The notes below the pieces were generated by a model, which was not told where the DNA came from, did no database searches, and saw nothing but the letters and a program-made list of their open reading frames with translations. A stretch of 64,000 nucleotides of DNA from the NCBI GenBank assembly GCA_051294905.1, contig CM119382.1:25854001-25918000 (forward strand), read 5' to 3'. This document shows, one piece after another, positions 12,890-25,680 of the stretch. Both the position numbers and the translations under genes were made by a program. The stretch's first letter is position 1. The number at the start of each line of letters is the position of its first letter. This stretch comes from Botryllus schlosseri (lineage: Eukaryota).

Positions 12890-13658
12890 CCCCAAGAAAA
12901 GATCGTGATGCAGCTTGCTCAAGTTCAGTAACTACAAAAAACGACTGCAAAAAACGACTGACAGCTAAATATCTAATTGGAGTAGCTCTCAATGGAGCAA
13001 TAACTTTCATCAGTGATGGATACCCTGGAAGTACCAGTGACAAAATGATCACCAAGCTTTCAGGAGTATTAAGCATTTCCAGGTCTGTATCAGCATTCGA
13101 ATCATCGACAGATTATATGTAGACAGACACATACCGTCTATTTGAGATATTGAAGTTGGATGATTTCAGAATCAATCAAATTATTGTTTCATGAAATTTG
13201 AATCACCATTTGATGACAATAACTTCAAGTCTAAAATAAGGTCATCTCCAGGCGTTCCATTGAATATTGTTTAGCTATTTAAACATTATAATCCGTAAGA
13301 TTATATGATGCTTCTTTATAACAGGCTGTAGATTTGGTTCTGGCAGATGAAGGATTTGTCATTCATTCATGAATTGATGCCAAGCGGTGTTTCGTTGAAT
13401 CTACCACCATTTCTAGCAGGAAAGAAGCAATTTACAGAGAATGAGGAAAAGTTCTGCAAAAAGATAGCTTCTTGTAGAATACATGTTGAGAGAGCGATAG
13501 AAAGAATACGCAATTACAAAATATTAAATATGGTTACTAGCACGAAGACACCTTTCGCAGATAACCTGGTGCAACTATGTGCAGTTCTAGTAAATTTGCA
13601 GTCTCCAACCATTGAAGGAGTATTTGAGCGATACCTAGAATCAAATAATCCAGTTTAG
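12890..13658 (+). pseudogene. ISL2EU/Harbinger-type DDE transposase 3-prime remnant
   Basis: LIGVALNGAITFISDGYPGSTSDKMITKLSGV, then LADEGF, LNLPPFL, IASCRIHVERAIERIRNYKIL; probable intron between the blocks. Confidence 0.85.
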
Positions 13659-14002
13659 ATTCAATGCAGAATTTCTCGTAATGTTTTGAATCAAAATAGT
13701 TGTAGTGCCCACGGTTTCAGCTGATAGTTGTAGTGCCCACAGTTTCAGCTGATATATTGGAAACTGCAGATCTCTTTTGTTGATTGTGTATTTTCTGAAT
13801 GAACAAACAAAGATATAGATTATGAAATTGAGCATGAGTATATTCAGTCAAAATTAATGATAGCCAGAACAGGAAGAAATTATTTCGAAGATGTGACATG
13901 TGGCAAAAACGTATCCAGATAGAAATTGGCCAATTTTGGCATGTTTTCTTCGCCCCAATGATTGTCCTTTATTACTGTTATGATTCGCATATCTTTTGTT
14001 GT

Positions 14003-14300
14003 TCACAGTACAAAGTGACACGATAAAGTCTTAGTAGCTACCATTTCCGCTTGAATTTGATGCCAATATTCGTGGTTTTTCATCTGTACACCGCACTGAT
14101 CCAAGTATGTTGAAGTGTCTTTTTTTTGTTTCTCCATCATGATTTGAATAAAAATTTTGTTCCGGTGAGACCATGGACACTTTATTTCTAATACCCATCT
14201 CATGCCATCAGCAGTAAATATAATGCCATCGGGTGTGCACCCAAGATATCCACAAGGGAATAGAAATAACCCAGCCTTCTCAACAGTGTTGCCGGTGAAG
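14003..14300 (-). pseudogene. YqaJ/lambda-exonuclease-like domain remnant (ISL2EU second ORF)
   Basis: TGNTVEKAGLFLFPCGYLGCTPDG...LEIKCPW...YWHQIQAEM; converges on the transposase at 12890-13658. Confidence 0.85.
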
Positions 14301-14590
14301 CAGACTTGTACAAACTAAACATTTAGTTAGTTGACGGTCAACTAACTAGCGATTTTTTGAGTAGTTCTAGTTCTAGTTGTAGTTGCGGATTTCGAAAATT
14401 GCGTGGTTCTAGTTCTAGTTGTAGTCGCGGATTTCGAAAATAGCGTAGTTCTAGTTCTAGTTGCGGATTTTGAAAATTCCGTAGTTCTAGTTCTAGTTGT
14501 AGTTGCAGATTTTGAAAATTCATTAGTTCTAGTTCTAGTTTTAGTTGCGCATTTAAAAAAAACATTAGTTGTCGAACAACTAGAAAACAC
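14301..14590. repeat. (GTTCTA)n / GCGGATTTCGAAAAT composite repeat with terminal hairpin, probable non-autonomous DNA transposon end
   Basis: Four units of about 39-45 bp at about 14360-14545; perfect 11-bp stem TAGTTAGTTGA-cgg-TCAACTAACTA near 14323-14347. Confidence 0.7.
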
Positions 14591-15068
14591 TCGTGTGTCC
14601 TGCCCTGCGCGATGAGAACTCTCCTCACGTGACAAGTGAGGTTACTTAGGGTTACTAATATGATCATGACAAAGGATCAAATGCTCATTGCTGGATCATA
14701 GTTAATACATTGATTATGCTGAGTTCACTGATAACTCGGCAAATTTACAACAATCAACAGTGCGCAGGGGACGCGATCTCGCGCTGAGGTTGTTTACTAT
14801 AATTGGAATGTGAACTAGTGATCTCCTGCTGTGCGCTGGCGAGTATTATCTCGGAACTCAGCTGTCGCGTCTGCTAAACTTGCGAGATTTGATTCGTTAT
14901 GATGATGCCGACCACGCCTGCCCTGGCACAAAGAGAAGACGATCTGGATTCTCAGAAATGAACTCGACAAGTCATCAATACCTTGCGATCCCTTGCGTGT
15001 ATGAATCCTCAGAAGTGAACTCGTCATGTCAACTATACTATACGCGCGTACGAATCGCTCTCTCCCAG

Positions 15069-15400
15069 TATAGATTACTAACCTACGGATAGATACTCAA
15101 GTCCCGTCGATATGCTCCGGCAAGTTATACTTGCTGCTGAGCAATTTAAAAGCAGTGGAGTTATAGCTTGCGACCCGAGGGCTGAAATGAAATGAAACTG
15201 GTCTTAATCGAGAGCCGATTCCGAAAATACAAATTAAAATCTTGTCGGGGATATGGAACCGCCTCTAAATCCTCGGATTATCCTTGATCGGTCGATAACC
15301 CGCGATTTATCAACGAAAAACTCACATAACTCCGCTTCTACTGGTCGGAATTGACTCAAATTTGTTTTGCAACGTCTTTGAAGACAGCTCAACAATTAGG
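15069..15400 (+). mobile_element. Truncated copy of the TATAGA-terminus foldback MITE family
   Basis: Starts TATAGATTACTAACCTACGGATAGATA as at 19677 and 59494; right end not found. Confidence 0.6.
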
Positions 15401-16399
15401 GGTTGGCAAAAATTTTTTTTTTAAGTTTTCATAATAAATAAAATATTTTAATTGGATCTGTGGAGTCCTATACTTGTTAGAATTGAACCAAATTTGGTGT
15501 GCAGTGTTTTTTTAGGGTAACTTGACAATTAAATCAGTGAATGGCTGGCATCCGAAAAAAAGTTATTTTTGAACAGCCCTAATACACACTGCAGAGCGAA
15601 GACAACCACTATGCTATGCGAACAGACTTTATGTATGCGACATATTGAATTCCACATTATGACTCAATACAGATACGAACACACAAGATATTGGGATGAA
15701 AAGCAAATCTTGACTATTGGAATAATTATTCTTACAAAGCTCCATTCGCATAGAATACTACAAATCTATCACGGATCAAATATATTCAAAATTTAACCGA
15801 TTTTCCATAAGCTCCTGTACTAAATCCGCCGGCTTACTGCCCACAATGCACCTGTCCATGGTGATCACGTCAATTTACTTCGCCGGAGATAGCAGTAGTT
15901 TCGGGGCTTGCTCTCTCCCTCTCCGCGTAAGGTCTGCGTAAAAACGAGAGATAAGATGCTCTTTTGCGACGAGCAAACGAGAGAACAGCAGAGAAAGGAA
16001 ATAAACTGAAGAAATACTTTACGGGCCCTGCACTCTCGTATGTTTTATGCAAATGTGCACTACGATTAAGGTAGTAATTGTCACTAGTGCTTTGATAGAA
16101 TCAACTTCAGGTCAAGATATGAAGCACTATTTGGATGCTTTGTATACAAGATTGGAGGCTAAAACAATATCACATATTCAACACCAGCAGTCAAATATCA
16201 CCAGACTTGTTTAAATATTTGAAGAATATGATTGAAAAAGAGCCAAGAAGCCAGAGTTATTAGTTCAGAACTTTAGAATAACTACGGGAAGCGTTGAAGT
16301 CTATGTGCAGCAAAAAGTGATTTGTATGTTGACGCAAATACAATGTGATCAATTTTCTTCTTCAATTTCCGAAAAACAGTGCTATTGTTATTCTTCGAA

Positions 16400-17680
16400 C
16401 AATTGTATCATAGGACTAGAATGAATACGCTCAAATGTAATTTGCCCGAGCATTTCTGTTCAGTAGGAAATTGACATTTGATTCTACTCAGCGGGCTTTT
16501 GATGCTTAGCATCAGAATCCATTCCAGCATCAAACAGGAGGACGTTTGAGCCAATGGTATTTTCAAGTCTTTTCGGACACGAATAAAATTCTCTGGAAAT
16601 GTCCGGGTTTTCACGATTATCTCCAGATTTCCTGATCTGGCGAAAAAAACGCTTCCAAGGGATCCTGATTCAACCTCTTGGTGATAATGTAGTAATTCGG
16701 CGTCAGCAATGGCAGGAATGTTCGAGTCAAATCAACGATTGCCATTGTCGCTAACTCGAGACCTTCATACGTTTCCCAGCTCCAGAATTCATTGGGTTTC
16801 TCAGTTGCTGTTTCTCCAGTACAACACTCTCTCCATTTTTGCGTTTGAAGCAAGAAATCATTTTCCATTAAGGCCAAGCTGTACTGCAGTACTGGTCTGC
16901 TGTACTACTACTGTACTACCACTGGTCTGTACTGCAATATGGCTGCAAGTCGGCGTTGTAACTGAACTTGGTTGATGTATTCACAACGTTGAGCCACTTG
17001 TTGAAAATACTAGCAAATCATGCAGAAGCTTCCATATCCTCTCCTCCGCATAATACGCGAAACACTATTAGACAGAGGCTGAGCAACAAAAATCACCCGC
17101 GCCTTCGCAAACCTGTGCATACTAATGTGCATACGTCAATTTGCAGCATCTCAATTCCGTCGTTTCAAACTGTTTTGAGGACAGCTGTAAAATGCAGCCA
17201 TCGAATAAATTTACCACCCTTGTTGAGAAGTTTCGTACCACCTGTGCGGCTGGCGTAAAGGTTGTTGCGTACGGTTTTTAACAAATGGGGAGGGTCTAAA
17301 TTCAGAAACATCTCGTACCGGGGTTGAATCTATTTTTGCATTTGTAAGGATACTTCAAGTTCAAGTTATTCAGCTCTTGCACATCTTGCGATTTGCACTG
17401 AGTCCATCAGCAAGAAACGCTGCTACCCGAAATCCACAATCCTCTTGAGAAACCGACACGTTCCCAGAATATACCTGAAGTTGTTGTGTGGTAGGCCAAG
17501 GGTTTGGAAAAAGACGTTACCAGGCCATTGACATAAACTTTCTTCGAATAGTTGATTTGTTGTTTGAGTTCTTTGTCTGTTTAGCAACCCCTATGTTTTT
17601 AGGATGTCCATCAAAACCAAACAAAATTTATTTCATGAAAATCGATTCACCGGTTCAAGATATATGGGAGTTTTAAAAAA
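16400..17680 (-). pseudogene. P-element/THAP9-like transposase remnant
   Basis: LNLDPPHLLKTVRNNL, YIITKRLNQDPLEAFF and SWETYEGLEL motifs; several stops and frameshifts. Confidence 0.85.
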
Positions 17681-18399
17681 TGCACTTTTGATGCTTAGTC
17701 AACCGTATGAATTATGATTTTACAGACCAAGAATTTTAGAACTTTATTGTAAATTAGTCTAAGCTTCAACCGAAGTGCAATTTCAGAAAGTATATAGTGT
17801 GATGCATAGTTTGAAGCTTTTTCCCATGTCGAAAATCCAGAAGTCAGAAGTGAAATAGATGTTCAGATGTCATACATGACTAAAATGAGTCAAGCGTAGC
17901 AAATGTTTCAGCGCTCTATTGAAAAAAGCTAGCAAATGTTTCAACGCTCAATTGAAAAAAGCTATACTTGGAAGTGATTGAGTAAGGTATCGTATGAAAG
18001 CTAAGAGCAAGAGTATTGCCATCAGAGGAATAGCAATAGTGATTTCAAGGATCTAGGCGGTGTAATATTAAGAAAATTGTAGCCATATTTTCCTTTTGCA
18101 GTGAGATATTTAGGTTGCATAACTCGCGCAACTACTTTATATTTATACGATTAACGATTAGTTGATTCTAGCTATCTATGGGCTCATTGAGTAGCACAAC
18201 CAGATGATTACCGAGAGAGATGCCAAGGAACTAGTTGGTGAAATATTAGGAAAACTGATGTATTTTCCATTTGTCATAAGATATTTTAGACTACGGTGTC
18301 ACTGACCCAGATGCTTTGTATTAGTGTGACCCGTAATGTTCATGAATCAAAGCAGCTCATTCTGTGTGTACTCTGAAAGATTTATATATCAGGAGTTCA

Positions 18400-19560
18400 A
18401 AGTCCAGCATCCCTAAATGACAGTTGTGCTTTCATCATCTGTTGCACTTCGACCATACAATGTGTATTGACAGGTTCGGCAGGAACACATGCAGTATGTG
18501 TGGGTTCAATTCACCAAAATGTTAAATTGATGTTGAAGGGGGGTCAGTTCAAGCAAACCTAGAATGGTTTGATTTATATGATTGTATGAACGATGATTCA
18601 AACAAAGAATGTATGCTACAGCGCTGCAACAACTGTCCCTCTCATGATGTTGTTGAGAATTTATAGCTTCTAAATTGGTTGTCTGCACAAATGTCACATT
18701 TTCACAGTGGGTCACGACCGGCAAAACTGAATGTTTTTTTCAATCCGTTCCTGTTAATAACTTTTTGGATCTTTTATACAAAAAGCAGGTCAAACGTCTT
18801 CTCAACCCTTTCATCGCCAAGCAGCAATCAAATTATTTGAAATCGCGAAAAGAAAAATTAGAAGATGACACAGTTTTGTGTTTGCTTGATTTCAGCGAAA
18901 ACTATTTTTTCTACGTTCAAGACGAAGTTTAAGGCTATCATTGGACCCACAGGAATCGCACTGTACATCCTAGGGTATGCTTTTATAGCATGAATCCCCT
19001 TTAAAGTATGTGCTATCTCTCAGAATATTTGACTCGTGATGTTGGGATGGTGTACGAAATCCAAAAACAATTAATTGACCGCCTTAACACTAAACTTCAT
19101 CAAGATTGAATACTTTAGTGATGGCTGTGCGGAAAATATAAAAGCTGCAAAAAATTATTGATCTCATGCCAGCATCGAGAGGATTTGGGAATAGCTGCTG
19201 AATGGGCATTCTTTGCTACCAGTCATGGAAAGTCGGCTTGCGATGGAATTGGCGGTGTAGTTAAGAGGTTAACTGCAATGGAAACCCTGAGAAGACCAGA
19301 AAGAGACCAGATTATAAACTTGGAAAAGTTGTTGGACTACTGCAAAAATAAACTGAAAGGACTACTGCAAAAATAAACTGAAAAGTATTTATTTCAACAA
19401 TATCCAAACAAAAGAATTGACGGAGACGAGGAAGTGGTTAGAACTGAGGTATGCTTCTGCTAGTACAATAAAAGGTACCAGAAGTTTTCATACCAATTTC
19501 CTTGACAAAAATAGCTAAAAAAGAATAAAATTTGACCCTCAAATCTGCAGCGAATTCGAC
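18400..19560 (+). pseudogene. DDE transposase remnant, Sola2-like
   Basis: LLDFSENYFFYVQDEV, YFSDGCAE, WAFFATSHGKSACDGIGGVVKR, GTRSFH; superfamily assignment from memory of motifs. Confidence 0.6.
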
Positions 19561-20244
19561 TTCAATCAATAAGCCCATTACATGGCCGTTCGGGTCACCT
19601 TCGAAGCTGACTCGTCAATCCGACTCTCTCGTTTTTGAAAAAAGAGAAAAAATCACACTGCTTCAATCCGTTCTACTATAGATAACTAACCTACGGATAG
19701 ATATACAACACCCGTCGTCACGCTTGCTTGCTCGGAGGAAAATACTGTTCAACAATCTGAACGCAACGTAATTGCCAATCCCACAGCTGACGACCCGAAC
19801 GCTCAAATTAAATAAATTTAATCTTATTTGAAAGCTACTGTCGCACTGATTCTGAAAATGTACTTTACAGTCTCATCAAGGCAATGGAACCATCCCGAAA
19901 TAGTCTTCTAAGTCTGAAAATCGGCATTGTTCTAAACAATCGCAGCGACGCACCACAATGGCCATAACAATGCCCCTTGCATGGTTGCGATTGTTCAGAA
20001 CAATGCCGATTTTCAGACTATGCGGTGTATTTCGAGGCGGTTCCATCGTCCTGATCTGATTTTAATCTATATTTTCGGAATCGGTGCGACAGTAGCTTTC
20101 AGATAAGATCAACTTTATTCAATTTGAGGGCTCGGGTCGTCAGCTATGGGATTGGCAATTACGTTGCGTTCAGATTGTTGAACAGTATTTTCCTCCGAGC
20201 AAGCAAGCGTGACGACGGGTGTTGTATATCTATCCGTAGGTTAG

Positions 20245-23200
20245 TGTACTATTCCTCACTATTCCTTATCTGTACTTTCCATCATTAGTTGATTGATCCA
20301 CGTTGATTACGCTCACTCTCCTTACGTAGTGCTGCGAGTAGGTAATCCGATGTCAGTTGCTCTAGCTAGGTGTTGGGTCTTGCGTTATCGTATTTGAACT
20401 GTTCCTATACTGTGTATCTCGTTTGTCGTCTGTTACAGAATAAGTTTAATAAAGCCTATCTCTAGGTCAGAACAATTTATTAACTTATTCATACGGCTTC
20501 AATGGACAAGGTTCTGAAACCTCGACGTCGAGCCAGGCTCGGAGACTGCTGCTGCTGAGTTCAAACATTGGCTTAAAACGTTCAACGACTACTTGGAGGC
20601 GTTAGCAGCCGCTGACTTACATCCAGACAAACTCAAGGTGCTAACAAATCTGATATCATTTCAAGTCTTCCGCAACATAGCTGATATTGATGATTACGAC
20701 CTTGCCATTGGTGCTCTGAAAGAGCTCTACGTGAAGCAGAAGAACACCATTGCGGCTAGGCATGAATTACTGACTTGCAAACAACTGCCTGGCGAAGCTA
20801 TAGACAGTTTTGTCATTCGACTGAAGTCACTCAGCAAAGACTGCGGGTGTCAGGCAGTTTCAGCTGAACAATATCGGTTGGAGCTGATTCGCGATGCCTT
20901 GATCGCTGGATTGCAATCACCGTCAATTCGCTAGAGACTTCTAGAAGAAAGCGCGTTGACTTTCGGCGATGCCTTCAAGAAGGCACGTGCAATGGAAATC
21001 GCTTCCCGGGATTCCAAAGCCTACCAACCGACTTCGTCATGTGCCACAAGACTGCATGCGCCGAGACAACAAGGCGGGGGCGAGACTCATAATGAAGATG
21101 GCAGCGCTCGCCGAAATCCAATCTCTTCGAAACGGCCTTGCTTCTTTTGTGGAGACGCGATGCATCCTCGCATGAATTGCCCGGCAAAAGATGCCGTATG
21201 CAGATATTGTTATATCACTGGCCATTATTCAAAGGTGTGTCAATCTCGCCTACGAAACCTTCCTCGAATCAATACGGAAACCGCGTCGATACAAGGTCCC
21301 GTACCTCCCAGCAGAGGAGAAATAGAATTTAACCCGAAAACGACTCTATCAGCTACTGATCGGTCTAGAGTACTATGCGATGTCAAGGTTGATAATTTGG
21401 ACGCAACTTCATTGATGGATACTGGTTCAGGGGAATGTTTCATGGATCAAAAATTTGCCGACAAATATCGAGAAAAATTGAACATCCAGCCAATCGTTGG
21501 CGAGGTCACGCTAGCGGAAACTTCTATACGCATGCCGATTGAAGGTCAGTGCCTCGCTCGCCTCATTGTGGGGAATAACGACTATCGAAATGTTTCGTTT
21601 CACATACTGAAGAACTTGGCAACTGACGTCATCATCGGCGAAAGAATTTTCAAGGAACACGAAAGCGTCACATTCACGTTTTCGGGACGGCGGCCTCCGC
21701 TCACCCTGGATGCCTTATCAAAAATGGCAGTTCCTTATCCGAAACCATTCAGTCACCTTAGCAAGGATTGCCGCCCTGTTGCGGACAAACAACGGAGATA
21801 CTCACGGGCAGATCTCGCCTTTATCGCAGAAGAAACGCAACGTCTACTTGCTGACAATCTTATCGAGCCAAGTAATTCGCCCTGGAGAGCTCAGGAACTC
21901 GTTGTCAAAAACGAACACTCTACCAAACGACGAATGGTCATTGATTACAGCAGGACAATTAACAGATTCACTCAACTCGACGCTTATCCGCTGCCACGCA
22001 TCGAGGACATTGTGAATAAGCTTGCTCAGTATAAGATATTCACAACAGTTGACTTGAAATCGGCATATCATCAACTCGAACTGGATCCGCGTGACCGAGA
22101 ATTTACTGCCTTCCAGTCAGGAAGCGAGTTGTTTCAGTGGCGACGACTTCCTTTTGGTCTGACAAATGCTGTACCTGAATTTCAACGAACAATCGATTAC
22201 ATTGTCAAGCAGAATAACCTGAAAGGCTGTTTTCCGCATCTGGACGATATAACAATCGCTGGGATGAATCAGGTTGATCACGACAACAATGTGAAGGCCT
22301 TCATGAACGCTGCTTCACGCGCCAATCTTACCATCAACGAAGCTAAGACGCAACTTGCTAAGTCCGAAATAGCTATTTTGGGGTACAAGGTCGGACACCA
22401 GTCTGTTCAGCCGGATCCAAAGAGAGTGACACCGCTCCTAAATCTCCCATATCCGGAATCTCAGCTTCAGTTGAAGAGGATGATAGGGTTGTTCGCCTAC
22501 TACGCTAGATGGATTGCAAATTACTCGACTAAAATCGGACCGCTAATCAAAGCCACGATTCCTTTAGACAACGATTCCCGTGAAGCAATTGCTCTCATCA
22601 AACAAAACCTGGCCAACGCCGCATTACGACCCATCAATGAATCTATGCCCTTCACAGTAGAAACTGACGCTTCAGATTTTGCGATCGCCGCAACCTTGAA
22701 TCAGGAACGCCGCCCCGTTGCATTTCACTCGCGCACCCTATCGCCAGGCGAACAACGACATTCGGCTGTTGAAAAGGAAGCATATGCTGTGGTCGAAGCG
22801 CTACGGAAGTGGAGGCATTTGCTCACCGGGCGGCATTTTACATTCGTCACTGACCAGAAAAGTGTCTCCTTTATGTTCGACAATCGACACACCAGCAAAA
22901 TCAAAAACGACAAAATCGCTCGTTGGCGATTGGAACTAATGACGTTTAGCTATACTGTCATTCATCGGCCCGGCGTGGAAAATGTCGGCCCCGACGCTCT
23001 AACGCGCGCCCATTGCGGATACATGGGAAAACACCACTTGCGCGATCTGCACATTTCACTCTGTCACCCTGGCGTGACCCGCATGTCTCACTTCGTACGA
23101 GTCAAGAATTTGCCATTCTCCATGTCAGAGATACGTACCATGACTTCACAGTGCGAAGAATGTCAGCAAATCAAACCGCAGTTCATTCGCTCCTACGAGG

Positions 23201-24398
23201 AGAAACTAATCAAGGCGACTCAACCCTTCGAACGTCTCAGCCTCGATTTCAAGGGTCCGTTACCCAGCGTTACGAAAAACAGGTATTTCCTCACTATCGT
23301 CGATGAATATTCACGATTTCCATTTGCATTTCCCTGCGCAGACATGTCTGCGAAGACGGTTATCAAATGCTTAACGACACTGTTTTCTGTATTTGGGATG
23401 AGTTCATACATACATTCCGACCGATGGTCGTCTTTCCAGTCTTACGAACTCAAATCTTGGCTCAACTCTAAAGAGGTTTCTACGAGCAGGACCACTAGCT
23501 ACAACCCTCGTGGAAACGGACGATGTGAAAAGTACAACGGCGTGATCTGGAAGGCGATTCAATGCTCGTTGAAATCTCGACGTCTTCCTCTCGGCCATTG
23601 GGAGGATGTGCTATTGGACGCTCTACATTCAATTCGGTCGTTGCTGTGCACATCAACAAATTGCACTCCTCACGAGAGAATGTTTCATCACTCTCGCCGC
23701 TCGACAAATGGCACCTCCATTCCGTCATGGGTGAAACCGGGTCCTATCTATGTCAAGCGACATGTGCGAAATAAAGACGAACCCTTGGTGGATGAGGCGG
23801 AGCTCCTCGAGACAAACCCTGCTTACGCCCATGTCAGGCTTAACGACGGCAGGGAAACTACGGTATCGGTTCGGGATATTTCACCGCGCAATTGCACCGA
23901 CGTAACCAGCAGAGCTGAATTCAGTAACCACAGCCCGAGTGAAGATTGTTCTGGTGGACAAGTCTATAACGAAGACGCCACGATTCGTGATGCTACCATT
24001 GCCACTAGCACCAACGAAGGAAATAACGAAAGTTCGCAACCGAACATTGAACCTGAAAAATCACCGCTTCGTCGTTCACCGCGCGTTCGAAAGGCCGTAG
24101 ATCGATATGGCGCAGTACCCTATTATTGACAATGTATCACACTTTGTTTCGCAAATATTTTACGGGGGGAGAATTTACTATTCCTTATCTGTACTTTCCA
24201 TCATTAGTTGATTGATTCACGTTGATTACGCTCACTCTCCTTACGTAGTGCTGCGAGTAGGTAATCCGATGTCAGTTGCTCTAGCTAGGTGTTGGGTCTT
24301 GCGTTATCGTATTTGAACTGTTCTGTTCCTATACTGTGTATCTCGTTTGTCGTCTGTTACAGAATAAGTTTAATAAAGCCTATCTCTAGGTCAGAACA
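20245..24398 (+). mobile_element. Gypsy/Ty3 LTR retrotransposon, near full length
   Basis: LTRs 20245-20474 (TG...CA) and 24174-24398, nearly identical; 5-bp TSD GTTAG; polypurine tract GGGGGGAGAA at 24164-24173; domain order gag-PR-RT-RH-IN. Confidence 0.97.
20502..24129 (+). pseudogene. gag-pol polyprotein with an early frameshift and an in-frame TAG at 20932-20934
   Basis: MDKVLKP start then shift to DVEPGSETAAAEFKHW; CCHC knuckle CFFCGDAMHPRMNC; protease DTGS; RT HLDD; RNase H ETDAS; integrase HHCC and DFKGP. Confidence 0.93.
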
Positions 24399-24499
24399 GT
24401 TAGTTATCTATAGTTCTACAGAGTCGCTTGGAGACGACTTGTGCAGTACCGGTACTTGGAAAACGAATCCACCAGACTACTGCTATCTACCACCATTTC

Positions 24500-25110
24500 A
24501 TCATCATCATCATCATTGGTTTATTAGCAATTTTATCAGTTCAATACACCACAAAAATGCGATACAATGAAAAGACAGGAAGATGTCGAAGCGACAAGGA
24601 GTAGTCTATGGAATCTGACACCCACCTTGGCCTAGGCGATGTAAAGAGGAGGCATGCACACTGAATGAAAGTAAAGAAGATAGTATAGAAAAAGAATGCG
24701 ACAAGAAATAGGGCGGCATGTCATGGGAAGCGAGATCGATAGGTCAGTCGTGGTCCGGTAATCTTGAGGATGGACTGTATTTATTTAGTAGTAATTGCTT
24801 GTATTTCGACTTGAATGTGGACATGCTCGTCGACTGTCGGATGGCCGGCGGGATACTGTTCCACACATCAGGTCCGGCATATTTGATGGAGCGATGATCT
24901 TTTCGGTCGATCATATGATATTTGGACGACGTGGACGCGCGTGTGTTGTACTTGTGCGCTTTTGATTCAGAGGTAAAGAAGTCATTGAAATATTCGGGGC
25001 AACGACCGCAGTGAAACTGATACATAAACTTGGCGATTTCTCGTTTCCGCATATCTTCTATGTTTAGGACGCCGAATCTCTTCCGCAGCGACCACCATTT
25101 CGTGTTCATA
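24500..25110 (-). mobile_element. L2/Crack/Daphne-like LINE 3-prime end
   Basis: IAKFMYQF...HKYNTR...SIKYAGPDVWNSIP...TFKSKYK C-terminal motifs; possible (TGA)n tail near 24498-24513. Confidence 0.75.
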
Positions 25111-25409
25111 TTTCATGCAACCGGCACTTATTTCAACTGGGTGAAAATTAACGCTATTTCAACTGGGTGAAAATTAACGCTCTATCAGTACATACTCTGC
25201 ATAATACAAATATGCAGAGTGTCTTATTTGTTCAGCGTCACAACGTATGAAGCGAGTATGGCCAATAATATAACTTGCGCAACCAAGTATCAGAAAGAAT
25301 AATACAAGGTGTATTGGGCCATTCTAGAATTGCGTAGTATTTCTGGTTATATCAACCCTTGTAGCATATTCCCGAACCCTTGTGGCATATTCCCGAGCTG
25401 GGTCCCTAA

Positions 25410-25680
25410 GTGCTGTGTATCACTGGAGTTGTGACCAACATGACCATTCAAATGCGATCGGATTTACAGCACTTCGGCAAGCTGTCTCATGACGTCACTT
25501 CAAGACGACTTGACCATGTAAATGGGCTTCATGTGCTAAACAAACGTAAAATGTCAAAACATGGAAAACCAGGCTGTTATGTCGCTGCTACCTACGACAA
25601 CTCTCTTATATTGGAAGTGGATGAATATAATGCAGACGTCAGTGTCAAATTCATGCACCCAGAAGGTCCATCAGTTTCCT
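25410..25680 (+). pseudogene. C-terminal domain fragment of a Sola2-like transposase
   Basis: GCYVAATYD...VSVKFMHPEGPS motif typical of the tail of proteins like that at 18400-19560. Confidence 0.45.

Larger units (their letters stand above)
19677..24412. mobile_element. Foldback MITE (about 577 bp without the inserted retrotransposon), probably P superfamily
   Basis: Termini TATAGATAACTAACCTACGGATAG in inverted orientation, long complementary arms, 7-bp TSD GTTCTAC (19670-19676 and 24413-24419); right TIR split by the Gypsy insertion. Confidence 0.85.

Noticed and set aside
12546-12908. ORFs with WPAM and HGRP repeats
   Set aside because: Translation of the GGCCGGCC palindrome array on both strands
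14338-14667. Three overlapping low-complexity ORFs (ELELEL, TRTRTT, VLVLV)
   Set aside because: Products of a hexamer-based DNA repeat lacking stops in several frames
20932-20934. TAG between gag and pol as programmed readthrough
   Set aside because: It falls inside the conserved gag motif IRQRLLE, upstream of the zinc knuckle; a CAG to TAG mutation is simpler
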